Shown here piece by piece: positions 1 through 9,808 of a stretch of DNA of 64,000 nt. Every line of letters begins with the position of its first letter. Within the stretch, counting starts at the first letter, position 1. A program made the position numbers and the translations under genes. A model generated the notes under the pieces. It had not been told where the DNA came from, ran no database searches, and worked only from the letters and a program-made list of their open reading frames with translations. Source of the DNA: an uncultured bacterium (GTDB taxonomy: Bacteria; Zixibacteria; MSB-5A5; JAABVY01; JAHJOQ01); NCBI GenBank assembly GCA_965369655.1, contig CBDUQR010000010.1, positions 1 through 64,000 on the forward strand. Reading direction: 5' to 3'.

Positions 1-737
1 CCGCCGAGTGTGAACTCGATCTTGTATGAGACCCAGCATGGTACAGGCTGGTTGTTCTGTATCGCTGGAGTCCATTTGCCCATAAAGGCGGCTTTTTTCG
101 CTTCTTCTTCAAATCCGGCATTGGAACCGGATTCTTTCTCGATAATCACGTCTCGCACATTGCCTTCTTTGTCAACCAGCACCCTCACCCATACGTTACC
201 CTCAATGCCGGCTTTTCTCGCCATTTCAGGGTAATCCGGCTTCTCCAGACGTATCGCCTGCGGGATTTCTTCAACCGCAATAAACTCGTCAGACGCCGGG
301 AAAAATTCCGAATCATCGATTTCGATGATCACATCATCCCCGCCTGTTCCATCGCCAAATCCGACTGTCGGCTGAGAAATATCCGCGAGCTGATCCTGTG
401 TCGCAAGCACGACAGCTTCCTCGACCTCTTCGTCCGGTACCGGCTCCGGAATACCGATCTTTGGCGCGGCGATTTTCGGCGCCTCGATCTTAACCGCCGG
501 CGGCTTCTTCGCAATCGATGGCGGCGGCGCCAGGTCGGAAATATCCTTGATCCGAATCACATTGGCTGTCTGAGGAATCTCGTCAGTCGTAGCCCAGACG
601 ACGAATGCCCAGGCTCCCACCACTGCGAGATGAACCAGCGCGCCGATGAGAATACCTATCGCCATGTTTCTCTGGTAGGTACGCTTGAGTTCAAACGCGC
701 CGTAGTCTACCTTGATGACACCGGTTCCTAATCTCAT
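1..737 (-). CDS. tonB: Energy transducer TonB (3' end runs off the left edge of the window)
   Basis: Not in the ORF track because there is no stop inside the window. ATG at 737 overlaps the exbD stop (ATGA). Translation begins MRLGTGVIKVDYGAFELKRTYQRNM, then a TM helix, a Pro-rich linker and the TonB_C motif PDYPEMARKAGIEGNVWVRVLVDKEG. Confidence 0.9.
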   Translation of the reverse strand, partial: MRLGTGVIKVDYGAFELKRTYQRNMAIGILIGALVHLAVVGAWAFVVWATTDEIPQTANVIRIKDISDLAPPPSIAKKPPAVKIEAPKIAAPKIGIPEPVPDEEVEEAVVLATQDQLADISQPTVGFGDGTGGDDVIIEIDDSEFFPASDEFIAVEEIPQAIRLEKPDYPEMARKAGIEGNVWVRVLVDKEGNVRDVIIEKESGSNAGFEEEAKKAAFMGKWTPAIQNNQPVPCWVSYKIEFTLG

Positions 738-1339
738 GAGCCCTCACCTCCCAGAAGCGAAGATGATTTCGCCTTCTTCATCTTGGCGTCATCTTTCTTG
801 TCCCATGGCTTCATGGAATATCGGTATGAGAACTTGGCGTCCTCTCCGAGGATGTCCTTATTCTCCTCGCGATATATCTGCATGAAATCATCATCCTCCC
901 TGAGGACATATTCGACCACTTCAATCTCGTCTAAGATATCGACAAAATCGTTGTACTTCGCCTCGGGATTGATCACGATCAGTGTGGAGAGCCTCCGGTT
1001 CTCTTTGTTCGCTCCATAAAAGAGAGTTCTCAAGGAATCCGGTTTGAACTGCACAGGGCCCTCACTACCCCAGGTCCACCAGTAAGTATTGGCTTCATCG
1101 ACATGGATGATCAGAAGATCGCTCTTTTTCATCTTGATAACATCGTCCGATTCCTCGGGCAGATTTATCTCCATCGCCTGTGGAGCCGCAAACACGGTCG
1201 TAACCATGTAGAAAATAAGGAGGAGGAACGCGATATCGACCATTGGAGTCATGTCGAGTTTGATCGCAATGCGCCTCTTCGGTTTTTTTAGACCTTTTCC
1301 TTTCTGTGCTCTCGGTGCCGGACTGTCTACTGCTCCCAT
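734..1339 (-). CDS. exbD: Biopolymer transporter ExbD
   Basis: LDMTPMVDIAFLLLIFYMVTT TM signature; lies in the exbB-exbD-exbD-tonB operon. Confidence 0.9.
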   Translation of the reverse strand: MGAVDSPAPRAQKGKGLKKPKRRIAIKLDMTPMVDIAFLLLIFYMVTTVFAAPQAMEINLPEESDDVIKMKKSDLLIIHVDEANTYWWTWGSEGPVQFKPDSLRTLFYGANKENRRLSTLIVINPEAKYNDFVDILDEIEVVEYVLREDDDFMQIYREENKDILGEDAKFSYRYSMKPWDKKDDAKMKKAKSSSLLGGEGS

Positions 1340-1356
1340 CTATATCACCACCTCTC

Positions 1357-1842
1357 CTACACTTCCGTCTCGGATTCAAACTCCGTGACGATCTGGAACG
1401 TCCTGAGATTGAACTCCCTCAGTGAATCCATAATCTTCTGCATGGTACCAAACCTGACGTTCCGGTCCGCCTTGATAATAAGCATCGCCTTCATGTTACG
1501 GGCCGATTGTTTACGGATAAACTGAACCTCATTGCCGACATGAGTCGCCATAACGCTTTCATCGATGTAAACAGGTATCTCGATCTCTTCGCCGCCGATG
1601 ATCTTCTTCTCCATGACAACATACTCGATGAAGACAGAATCATCTTCGGTCACCGTGACGAGGATTTTCCCTTTGTCGGGCAACTCTATCTGCGAGTGCG
1701 ACATCGGAAGCGTCACTTCTTTCTTTTCCGATGGCTTGAACTGAGTCGTAGCCATGTAGAAAATCAGCAACAGAAACGCGATGTCGACCATCGGCGTCAT
1801 ATCGAGCGTGATATTGACTCTACGCTTCTTCTTGATCTTCAT
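1357..1842 (-). CDS. exbD: Biopolymer transporter ExbD (second paralog)
   Basis: DMTPMVDIAFLLLIFYMATTQF motif and C-terminal IIKADRNV motif. Confidence 0.9.
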   Translation of the reverse strand: MKIKKKRRVNITLDMTPMVDIAFLLLIFYMATTQFKPSEKKEVTLPMSHSQIELPDKGKILVTVTEDDSVFIEYVVMEKKIIGGEEIEIPVYIDESVMATHVGNEVQFIRKQSARNMKAMLIIKADRNVRFGTMQKIMDSLREFNLRTFQIVTEFESETEV

Positions 1843-1845
1843 GCC

Positions 1846-2571
1846 TTAATCCGTCTCTTTCGCCTTCAGAAGCTGAAGGATCTCATACGAGGCTTCGTCA
1901 ACCGTATAGTTGAATGCATCGACTTTGTTGACAAAGAAGTTGTAAGCTATGATACCTACGATACCGTTGAACAGGCCACCAGCAGTATTCACCAGGGCCT
2001 CAGAGATACCTGTGGAGAGAGCTGTCGCATCAATGACGCCACCACTGGCGTGTCCCGTCGCGTTGAATGCTCGAATCATACCGATCGTGGTTCCGAGCAG
2101 ACCAAACATCGTAGCGACCGATGCGATAGTCGAAAGAGCGATCAGGTTGCGCTCGAGCAGTGGAACCTCAAGGGCGTTCGCCTCTTCGATAGCTCTCTGA
2201 GTCTCCTCGAATTTCTTCTCAGCTGTAATGTCGGTATCCTTTATCTGGCGATACCTGTCGATACCTGCGCGAAGAACATTTGCGCAAGAACCACGCTGCT
2301 TGTCACATGTCGCAAGCGCGCCATCGAAATCACCACTTTGAACCAGAGTGACAACTTTCTTGAAAAACGACTGGATCGATGCTTTGCCTTTAGCTTTGCG
2401 AAGAGAAACGATTCTCTCCAGAATGAACGCAAGCAGCATCACAGAGAGCGCAATCAATATGGCGACTACCGGTCCGCCCTCCTGCAAGTAGTGGGGAAGC
2501 TGTGTCCAGATAATGAACCCTGTTCCCAGTGAGACAACCATTAAGATGGTTACGAATACGGACTGTTTCAC
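1846..2571 (-). CDS. exbB: MotA/TolQ/ExbB proton channel protein
   Basis: ATMFGLLGTTIGMIRAF and GISEALVNTAGGL motifs. Confidence 0.92.
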   Translation of the reverse strand: MKQSVFVTILMVVSLGTGFIIWTQLPHYLQEGGPVVAILIALSVMLLAFILERIVSLRKAKGKASIQSFFKKVVTLVQSGDFDGALATCDKQRGSCANVLRAGIDRYRQIKDTDITAEKKFEETQRAIEEANALEVPLLERNLIALSTIASVATMFGLLGTTIGMIRAFNATGHASGGVIDATALSTGISEALVNTAGGLFNGIVGIIAYNFFVNKVDAFNYTVDEASYEILQLLKAKETD

Positions 2572-2629
2572 GATCTATTTCCTCCGATAAACACGTGTAA
2601 ATTACTTTTCTTCCTGCAATGACTCCGAA

Positions 2630-3358
2630 TTACAACTCGTTCGATTTGACTGCGTTGATGACCAGACCTGCGAATGTAATCCACAGCGCCGGCTGGGCGA
2701 ACGCCCAGAACGTCACGATGTTAAACGACGAGCCGAGCCCGCGAATCATATAGATCGCGGACAGTTCCTCTCCAAACGGAATCTTCACACCGACAACCAG
2801 GTAGATAAATAACCCTACCCAGACGACAATCGGAATATACTGCCAGCCCAGCACAAACTTCAGCTTCGCCAGTCCGGGGCCGTTGCCCTTCGACGGCAGA
2901 TAAAGCATGATGAGAGTCAGCACTCCGAATATCAGGCTCACTATCGCCAGCGCCGAGAAGAGATAAACGACCAGGGGCAGCATCGGCGAGAAGAGTTCCA
3001 TGATGTCCATGAATCCTGCAACTCCCGAGAAGGCTGTCACTCCGGTGACGCTCAAATCTCCGTAAATGGAACTGACGGAGAACCACGGCATGAGGCTTCC
3101 GACGATAAGACCGATCGACGAGATGGTCAGAACCACCTTGTCGACGAGCGGCAGCAGATTCGCCTTCACCGCCGTACCGCTTCTCATCGGAGCCGCATGA
3201 GTTTTCGAGTACTCAGCCACCTGCCGTTCGTGGTGTTTCTTTTCATCGTCGGACTTGAAAAACGGTTTAACCTTCTTGCCGAAGACGTCGAAGCCTATAT
3301 ACCTATACCTGACGTCGCCGCCTCCAGAAGGACTATCCTTTGTTTCAGTTTTTGCCAT
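2630..3358 (-). CDS. Hypothetical membrane protein (about 4 TM helices)
   Basis: 242-aa ORF with hydrophobic segments, co-oriented between the TPR gene and exbB. Confidence 0.7.
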   Translation of the reverse strand: MAKTETKDSPSGGGDVRYRYIGFDVFGKKVKPFFKSDDEKKHHERQVAEYSKTHAAPMRSGTAVKANLLPLVDKVVLTISSIGLIVGSLMPWFSVSSIYGDLSVTGVTAFSGVAGFMDIMELFSPMLPLVVYLFSALAIVSLIFGVLTLIMLYLPSKGNGPGLAKLKFVLGWQYIPIVVWVGLFIYLVVGVKIPFGEELSAIYMIRGLGSSFNIVTFWAFAQPALWITFAGLVINAVKSNEL

Positions 3359-3380
3359 ACTTTGTTCCCAAACTGAGGGC

Positions 3381-5159
3381 TTAGTATGCGTCGAGCGCTT
3401 CTTGAACGCTCGCCCGAAGCTCCTGCAACTGCGAAGAGCCTGGATCGCATTTAAGTCCCTTCTTTATCCAGATCATTGATTTTTCATATTTCTTGTCTAT
3501 GGCGTAAGCCTGGGCAATCCAGGTCACAAGGTCCTTGTCATCGCATTCGCCGCCACCGAGCGTTTTCATCTTGGTATATGCCTTGTTGAGATAGACAAGC
3601 GCGTTCTTACCGTCCGTGGGCTTTGCGATAAGATACGTGAAACCGATCCACTTGTCCGCTTCATACGTTGAGTCATCGCACTCACCCCACTTGGCGTAAT
3701 ACTCGCGGCTCTCGGCGTATTGCTTCTGTTGTGAAAGACTCGATGCGATCAGCTTGTTGACAGAGCAATCATCGGGATCGAGCTCGACCACTTTCTTGAG
3801 ATAGTGAGCCGTGCTGTCCCAATCCTTCATTCTCATGAACATGTAAGCCATGTTCTTCAGGGCTCGCGCGTTCAACGTGTCCAGCGCCAGCTTCATGTGA
3901 AAGACTTCCAGGCCTTTCTCATAAGCGGTCGAATCATCCTTGCCGAGGTAGTAGTAGTTGAATCCCCAGTCATTAAGCCAGGAGACATCGGTCGTATCAA
4001 GAGACCATGCTCTTTCAAAGTCCTCTGCCGCCTCAATGCGCGACAACGAATCGCCAAGGGCAGCACAGGCTTTAGCCCTCGCGACGAACAGAGCGGCGTC
4101 ATCAACAGTCCACTCGTAGTCCGGGTCCTCGGCCAGCGTGTTCTCCTCGAATCTCGTCAGCGCTTCGATGGCTTTTTCGTGCATGCCCGCCCTGGAGTAT
4201 GACTTGCCGAGATCGAGATACAGATCGGATCGCGTGTAGCCCTCGTTGACAGCCTGCTCGAAATAAACCGATGCGCTGTCATTGTATTTCAGGGCGGAAA
4301 ACGCCTTGGCCAGATAGTAATTCGCCTCGCCGACTTTATAGCCAAATTCAATCTGTTTCCGGAAGGACCATATTGCGTCACCATACTTGGTCAGTGCGGC
4401 CTCCTGATCGGCAGCCGAGAGTGCAGCGAGGATATTGATCTTGCCTCTGAAAGCGTACGCCTCGACATACGATGAATCGAATCGAATCGCATTGGAAAGC
4501 GACTTCAGCGCCTCGCCGTACTTCTTCTGTGCGACATTCGCAACGCCAAGTCTGAAATGCACCTCGGGATTGAGCGAATCGCAATCACTCAGGACTTTAT
4601 TATATGAAGTAATCGCAAGAGCGTATGCGCCTTTCTCATAGTTGGCATCTCCGAGATGCATCGGATAATCGCAGTTTTCTTCGTCGAGAAATTGCGCAGT
4701 GCGGAATTTCTTATCTGCCTGACTGTATTCTTTGAGCGCCAGATAATACAGTCCGAGACCATCCTCGAACATCGCTTCTTCGTGGTCTTTCTTAGATCTC
4801 TTCAGCCCCTCCTCGAAAAACCCTTTCGCTTCTTCGAGCTTCGTCGAATCCGCGACCAGTATTTTGCCGAGCCTGTAAAGGGCCATCAGGTGCCCGCTCT
4901 TTTTGTCGAGCGCTTCTCTGTAGTATTCTTCCGCTTTCTCGATATCGAGTTTCTTCTCGTAACAAGTTCCTATGAAATACCGAAGATCAGCCGATCTCTT
5001 TTTGGTCTGAAGTTTTTCGAGAGCTTTCTCGATAGCGGCATCGAGCTCTCCAGTGCCATAGAGATCTTCCATATCCGAAGTAATATCCCCAGCCGAAGCA
5101 ATTGCTGAGAAGAGGAAAAACAACAGAGTCAATAGCGAGGCAAATTTCGATACAGTCAT
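3381..5159 (-). CDS. Exported tetratricopeptide-repeat protein
   Basis: Many TPR-like repeats. Signal peptide MTVSKFASLLTLLFFLFSAIASA with an AAAGGA RBS before ATG 5159. Confidence 0.85.
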   Translation of the reverse strand: MTVSKFASLLTLLFFLFSAIASAGDITSDMEDLYGTGELDAAIEKALEKLQTKKRSADLRYFIGTCYEKKLDIEKAEEYYREALDKKSGHLMALYRLGKILVADSTKLEEAKGFFEEGLKRSKKDHEEAMFEDGLGLYYLALKEYSQADKKFRTAQFLDEENCDYPMHLGDANYEKGAYALAITSYNKVLSDCDSLNPEVHFRLGVANVAQKKYGEALKSLSNAIRFDSSYVEAYAFRGKINILAALSAADQEAALTKYGDAIWSFRKQIEFGYKVGEANYYLAKAFSALKYNDSASVYFEQAVNEGYTRSDLYLDLGKSYSRAGMHEKAIEALTRFEENTLAEDPDYEWTVDDAALFVARAKACAALGDSLSRIEAAEDFERAWSLDTTDVSWLNDWGFNYYYLGKDDSTAYEKGLEVFHMKLALDTLNARALKNMAYMFMRMKDWDSTAHYLKKVVELDPDDCSVNKLIASSLSQQKQYAESREYYAKWGECDDSTYEADKWIGFTYLIAKPTDGKNALVYLNKAYTKMKTLGGGECDDKDLVTWIAQAYAIDKKYEKSMIWIKKGLKCDPGSSQLQELRASVQEALDAY

Positions 5160-5266
5160 TGAGATTCCTTTGTTTGCTGCCGGCGCACCCCGTACGGCCG
5201 ATTGCACAGAAGCACTATGTATATGAAATGCCGTTTGCCAAGTCAAGCTTTTTGCTTCACATATTT

Positions 5267-5488
5267 TCACTCTCGATCACCTTTCCAGCCATCGCCGAGA
5301 AGAGACCGCCGTTTCGGCTTGCGAACCATCAGGGCGAGTCTTCCAATGCAATAGAGAATAACCAACAGACCGATAGCGATCCGCATTTTCGTTTCCAGAT
5401 CAAAGAAAATACCTGTCGCCACGGCGATCCCGAACAACAGAATGATCGAGATACTCATGTACGATATTACGCGACCAACATCCATCAT
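5267..5488 (-). CDS. Small two-TM hypothetical protein
   Basis: AGGAGG RBS before ATG 5488; two hydrophobic helices and a basic tail. Confidence 0.6.
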   Translation of the reverse strand: MMDVGRVISYMSISIILLFGIAVATGIFFDLETKMRIAIGLLVILYCIGRLALMVRKPKRRSLLGDGWKGDRE

Positions 5489-5798
5489 TGATGTCCTCCT
5501 GATAGTTATACTCACATCACACACCATTATTCCCGAACGTCAGAGCGTCGTACTGCAATCGGCGTCGCCATCCCTGTTGATCGTAGTCGTGCATTGCACT
5601 ACACAGTCTCCAAAATGCGTGCCGATGAGCGCAATATGATTGCCCGGCGTTACCCATTGCATCCCATCAGGTTATGCGATCCGAAACGAGACGGGCGCGA
5701 TCCTGACGCCGACATATTCGCAGATTCTGCGATTATCAAGACATGGTGTCGACGTGACAGGCATAAGTAATTGCTATCAGTCAGATTACGCCTGCAAT

Positions 5799-8558
5799 TC
5801 ATACGCTTGAATTCCTGCGCATCATTGAGTCGACCGAAGAGATCACCTCCTCAAAACATGTCGCTATTTCGATTTCCGACGGTACCGAGTTAAGAAAAAC
5901 CTGACCGAATGACGATTTCACCAGTCGATTGTCCGTCACGACGATGGCGCCCTGGTCTCTGCCGGTTCTGATCAGCCGACCGAAACCCTGTTTGAACCTG
6001 AGCACCGCCGATGGCAGTGAATATGACGCGAACGAGTTCAGACCTTTGCGCTCGACCTCCTCCATGCGAGCCGTGTCTATCGGATCGCCCGGTACAGAAA
6101 ACGGCAACCGCGTTATTATCAGCAATTCCAGCAGATCACCCGGCAGATCGACTCCCTGCCAGAAACTCTCAGTTCCGAGAAGCACTGCCGGTTTCATCTG
6201 CATAAAGTCGTGGATCGCCTTGTCGGCGGCATCGGGACCCTCCTGGACTATGATTCGCGGCACACGACCTTCGAGATCCCTGGCAGTCTTTAACAGAGAC
6301 TGATACGAAGTGAACAGGACAAGAGTATTGACTTTGATCTTCTGCAGCAACTGACGTAGAAATGCCGAGAGTCTCTGTTGATAGAAATCGGTCCTCGGCG
6401 ATGGCAGAAACGCTGTGCACACGAATCTTACCTGCGATCCAAAGTCGAATGAACTGCCGAACACTCGTTTCCTCTTCCTCTCCTCAGCGACAGGTTCGAG
6501 CCCGAGTCGGTCCTCGATGAAGCTGAAGTCGCGCTCGATGGTCAGAGTCGCCGATGTGAACAGCCCCCTGTCATACCTGTCATAAAGCAGCTTCCTGAGA
6601 TACTCTCCGATCTGAACCGGCGCGACCTTGAGCGCGTACCACCCGGATGGCGACACTTCAAGCCATCGGACCCACTTCTCGTTGTCGGTCTCAATGATAT
6701 TCTCGATGTGAGCCGTGTATGTCCTGAGCGAATTGAGGACAACCTGCACCGACTCGGCATCTATTATCTCGTCGAGTTCGAGTTCGGATGTGTCGACAAG
6801 CTGCAACAGGCGGCCCAGTTGAAGTTCGAGTCTCCTCATGTCTTCGCGCAGTCGTTCGAGATCATCGAGAATCAGATCGAGCAGTTCATGGCGATCGACG
6901 AGTCGCTCTTTGCGGCTGTAAGTTTGCGGTGCCAGCCCGTGTTCCGATATGTATATCCCTATGGTTTCGAACAGCCTGCCTGTGTCGTTGCGGCAAAGTG
7001 AGACATCCCTCCCGCAGTCGGACGCAATCTTCTGGGACGCCGCCGCAACGGCAGAGTCATCCGAGTTCCTCGACACGATCCCGGCGACAGACATGATCCG
7101 GTTCGGCATGCCGGGATCTATGGCATCGAGAGGGTCGAACACCGCCATCAGTGACGATCTCGAGATCTCTCCGGTCATGCTGTCGGTTGCAACCCGCTCG
7201 ATCTGGTGCGCCTCGTCAAATATCACAACTCCGGGCTTTCCGAGAATATCCGCCTCCGACATTAGATCCGAAAAGAAAAGGGCATGATTCGTCACGACGA
7301 CATCTGATCGACCGACGGCTCGACGCGCCCTGAAGAAGAAACATTTCGTGTAGTGGACACATCGCGCACCGGGACAAAACCCCGGATCGCACTGCACTTC
7401 TCTCCTGACAGCAGGAGATATGCCGGTCAATTCCGAGAGGTCGCCCGACAGCGTCAGGTCTTTGAAGGCAAGGATCGAAGCAAGCTCGGCGAGCTGCTTT
7501 GAATCGAATTTCCGCGAGGCAGATCCTCTGGCGATGTGCATCTTAAGCAGGCACAGGTAATTGGTTCTGCCTTTCAGGAGAACCGCGCTGGTCCTGCACC
7601 CGAGCAAGTCCTCCGCCTGTACAAGGTCCTTGTAAAAAAGTTGATGCTGGAGGTTCCGGGTGTGTGTCGAGATCACGACGCGACTGTCGGATGCGGCATT
7701 ATAGCGAAGCGCAGGTACGAGATATGCAAGCGATTTGCCCGTGCCCGTGCCTGCTTCCGCGAGAAAATACTCGTCATTGTTGAGCGCCTGCTCAAACTGT
7801 CTCGCGTATTCGACTTGCTCGGGACGACTCTCGAAATCTGTCAGGGTCGCGCACTCGGGACCCCGCTCCTGTCCCTCCGGATCGGGATCAGCGACCGAGA
7901 AAATCGAATCTATCGAGCATTCTACCGAGCTTTTTCGAGACAGTTCGCTTTCGTCAGGCCGCCGGACATTCTCCGGCAATCGATGGTAAGACTCGAGGCG
8001 TGGCACGGCAAGGCCGGACAGCCTCGCGAGCCAGTCCGCAGGAGCCGGATGCTCAAACGAGAGCAGAAGAGACATGTCCTGAATCGACTTAAGATCGATC
8101 GACGCCGCGTACGTAGTCAACTGGGCGAACAGTCTCAGAGTCGGATCATCCGGAAGACTCTCATCCTGACGAGAGTATCTCGCGAGCAACGCAAGCAGTT
8201 CATCAAGCGTCTGGAGCAGTTCTCCCGGGAAAATCAGACATGCGAGTTCGGCAATATCATGGATCGATTTGCCGTTTTCAGAGTGGTAGCTTTCGAGTCG
8301 GTCCGTTGGCCAGAATTTCTCCAGCCCCCAGAAGGAAAAAACGACGAGTGGATGTCCCGCCGCCAGCCGCACGAACTGATTCCACTGTGGCAGGTTCCTG
8401 TTGCCCCGGTCAAGTCGCGTGACCGCAAGCGATTTCTCTTCTTTCAGCTTCAGATGATCGTAGTGCGCGCACCGAAGCGTGTAGACTTCCATCCGGTCGC
8501 CAAGCTGCACGTTCCTCTTGATGGAAACCGTGACCAGATCGGGAAACTGACTGTGCAT
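5799..8558 (-). CDS. dinG: DinG/YoaA-family ATP-dependent helicase with a degenerate N-terminal exonuclease-like domain
   Basis: Q motif (RPEQ), Walker A EAGTGTGKS, LKGRTNYLC, an Fe-S Cys cluster, DEAH, FTSATL and QGFGRLIR. Confidence 0.9.
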   Translation of the reverse strand: MHSQFPDLVTVSIKRNVQLGDRMEVYTLRCAHYDHLKLKEEKSLAVTRLDRGNRNLPQWNQFVRLAAGHPLVVFSFWGLEKFWPTDRLESYHSENGKSIHDIAELACLIFPGELLQTLDELLALLARYSRQDESLPDDPTLRLFAQLTTYAASIDLKSIQDMSLLLSFEHPAPADWLARLSGLAVPRLESYHRLPENVRRPDESELSRKSSVECSIDSIFSVADPDPEGQERGPECATLTDFESRPEQVEYARQFEQALNNDEYFLAEAGTGTGKSLAYLVPALRYNAASDSRVVISTHTRNLQHQLFYKDLVQAEDLLGCRTSAVLLKGRTNYLCLLKMHIARGSASRKFDSKQLAELASILAFKDLTLSGDLSELTGISPAVRREVQCDPGFCPGARCVHYTKCFFFRARRAVGRSDVVVTNHALFFSDLMSEADILGKPGVVIFDEAHQIERVATDSMTGEISRSSLMAVFDPLDAIDPGMPNRIMSVAGIVSRNSDDSAVAAASQKIASDCGRDVSLCRNDTGRLFETIGIYISEHGLAPQTYSRKERLVDRHELLDLILDDLERLREDMRRLELQLGRLLQLVDTSELELDEIIDAESVQVVLNSLRTYTAHIENIIETDNEKWVRWLEVSPSGWYALKVAPVQIGEYLRKLLYDRYDRGLFTSATLTIERDFSFIEDRLGLEPVAEERKRKRVFGSSFDFGSQVRFVCTAFLPSPRTDFYQQRLSAFLRQLLQKIKVNTLVLFTSYQSLLKTARDLEGRVPRIIVQEGPDAADKAIHDFMQMKPAVLLGTESFWQGVDLPGDLLELLIITRLPFSVPGDPIDTARMEEVERKGLNSFASYSLPSAVLRFKQGFGRLIRTGRDQGAIVVTDNRLVKSSFGQVFLNSVPSEIEIATCFEEVISSVDSMMRRNSSV

Positions 8559-8566
8559 TTTTCTGC

Positions 8567-9808
8567 TTAGAAATCGAGCAAATTGGGGACAGGCATAAAA
8601 CTGTACTTTATTCTCACGATCCTGTCGTCACCGCTCCCCTCGAGAGCTTTCACGACCAGTTTTGCATATTCGCCGTCCACTGTTTTCAGCAGGCAGCCAT
8701 CGCCTGCGGTGACCGCTATCTTGTCCACCCCTTGTCCGCGCGGTCGCTCTGCTCTGTCATCGACCGACGTGATATCTGAGTGAAAGAACTCGACTCTGCG
8801 CAGGACATTGTCGAGCCGTGACGGTGACAGAAGAAAGTCCTGTCCTTTGATCCTGGCGTAGTAGATGCAATTGTCGAGATCATCGGTCGGAACATAAGTT
8901 GCCCGCCCAAACGAGAAACCATCGATTTCGCCGGAATAACGTTGCGCCAACTCGAATTCCCCGCGAGGGTGACAGATGAATCTGATAGTGTTCGATGGTT
9001 CGCTTTCGGTGCCATCGGGATACACAGTCGTCACTGCTGCGAAATATGTGATGCCATCCTGCAGATCAGACGCCACAAAGGTCTCGAAATCTGTGGCAGG
9101 ATCGGTGTCGCCGGGATAAATGTCATCTGCCAGCAGAGTCTGTCTGTCGATCTGGAGGCCAGTCGTGTCACTCGCGGTGTCGCGCGAATCGAGATATATG
9201 TTGTAGCCCTTTATCATCAGATCACCCCGATTGGTCTTCCATCTCAGTAGCGCTCTCTGGTGATTCACTTCTGCAGTGATATCCGATGGAGGCAACGATA
9301 CTGCCACCTGCCTGGGGACGTCGATCTTCCTCGCTGGAGCACAGCCGAGAGCAATGACAACTGCGATCAGAGGTATAAATCGCCAGAAGCGTCTCGAAAT
9401 ACTGTGGACGGCAGACATCCTCGCAAGTCCTGAGCACCGAAGGATCTGCCCCATCCAGCGTTGATATCGACAGATGTGTGTTCTTGTAGGTCGGCGTTCC
9501 GCAGCAGGCAAAGCCTGCAAGAAACCCGACTGCTGGTCAACAAGATAGATGTGTCGCGTTTCTCTCCTGATTACATCAGGTTCGGAACACGACCTACTTC
9601 TGGTACTGTGGGCGGCAGACGTCCTCGCAAGTCCTGAGCACCGAAGGGTCTGCCCCATTGTGTCGCAACCGCTGGAATGCGGCAGACCGGGAGGTCTGCC
9701 GGCCACAAAACAGGATTGCCACGCTCCATTCAGTCGCTCGCAATGACTGAGAATTCCAACGACCACTCTACTCGCCGCATCAACTGCTTTTTCAACAAGT
9801 CCCTTCAT
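8567..9808 (-). CDS. Lipoprotein with a fibronectin-III-like domain; start either 9808 (coupled to the upstream stop) or 9418
   Basis: Lipobox-like VIALGC and FN3-like motifs (LRW...GYNIY, L.DGITYFAAVTTV, ESEPSN). The first ~130 codons are mostly repeat elements. Confidence 0.65.
   Translation of the reverse strand: MKGLVEKAVDAASRVVVGILSHCERLNGAWQSCFVAGRPPGLPHSSGCDTMGQTLRCSGLARTSAAHSTRSRSCSEPDVIRRETRHIYLVDQQSGFLQALPAAERRPTRTHICRYQRWMGQILRCSGLARMSAVHSISRRFWRFIPLIAVVIALGCAPARKIDVPRQVAVSLPPSDITAEVNHQRALLRWKTNRGDLMIKGYNIYLDSRDTASDTTGLQIDRQTLLADDIYPGDTDPATDFETFVASDLQDGITYFAAVTTVYPDGTESEPSNTIRFICHPRGEFELAQRYSGEIDGFSFGRATYVPTDDLDNCIYYARIKGQDFLLSPSRLDNVLRRVEFFHSDITSVDDRAERPRGQGVDKIAVTAGDGCLLKTVDGEYAKLVVKALEGSGDDRIVRIKYSFMPVPNLLDF
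9400..9454. repeat. GTGG-headed REP-like palindrome, copy A (55 bp)
   Basis: tactgtggacggcagacatcctcgcaagtcctgagcaccgaaggatctgccccat; 3 differences from the copy at 9604-9658. Confidence 0.85.
9486..9597. repeat. 112-bp REPIN-like element (inverted pair of GTAG-headed REPs), copy 1
   Basis: Ends GTAGGTCG...CGACCTAC with internal hairpins; near-identical copy at 28175-28286. Confidence 0.9.
9604..9658. repeat. GTGG-headed REP-like palindrome, copy B (55 bp)
   Basis: Direct repeat of 9400-9454. A shorter inverted partner lies at 9679-9707 (gcggcagaccgggaggtctgccggccaca). Confidence 0.85.
9713..9747. repeat. CGTC/TGTC-type palindromic repeat fragment
   Basis: ggattgccacgctc...cgctcgcaatgac; related to gagattgccatgcttcgctcgcaatgac at 18880-18907. 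Confidence 0.65.

Noticed and set aside
1507-2532. 341-aa plus-strand ORF, and similar long antisense ORFs at 7536-8570, 13206-13910, 16666-17382, 29393-30870, 37480-38280 and 53933-54607
   Set aside because: They lie antisense to well-supported genes, have no recognisable motifs, and are expected shadows of GC-biased codon usage.
9400-9707. Repeat-spacer-repeat pattern considered as a CRISPR array
   Set aside because: Only two 55-bp direct copies separated by about 150 bp that is itself largely a repeat element; no regular spacers and no cas genes.
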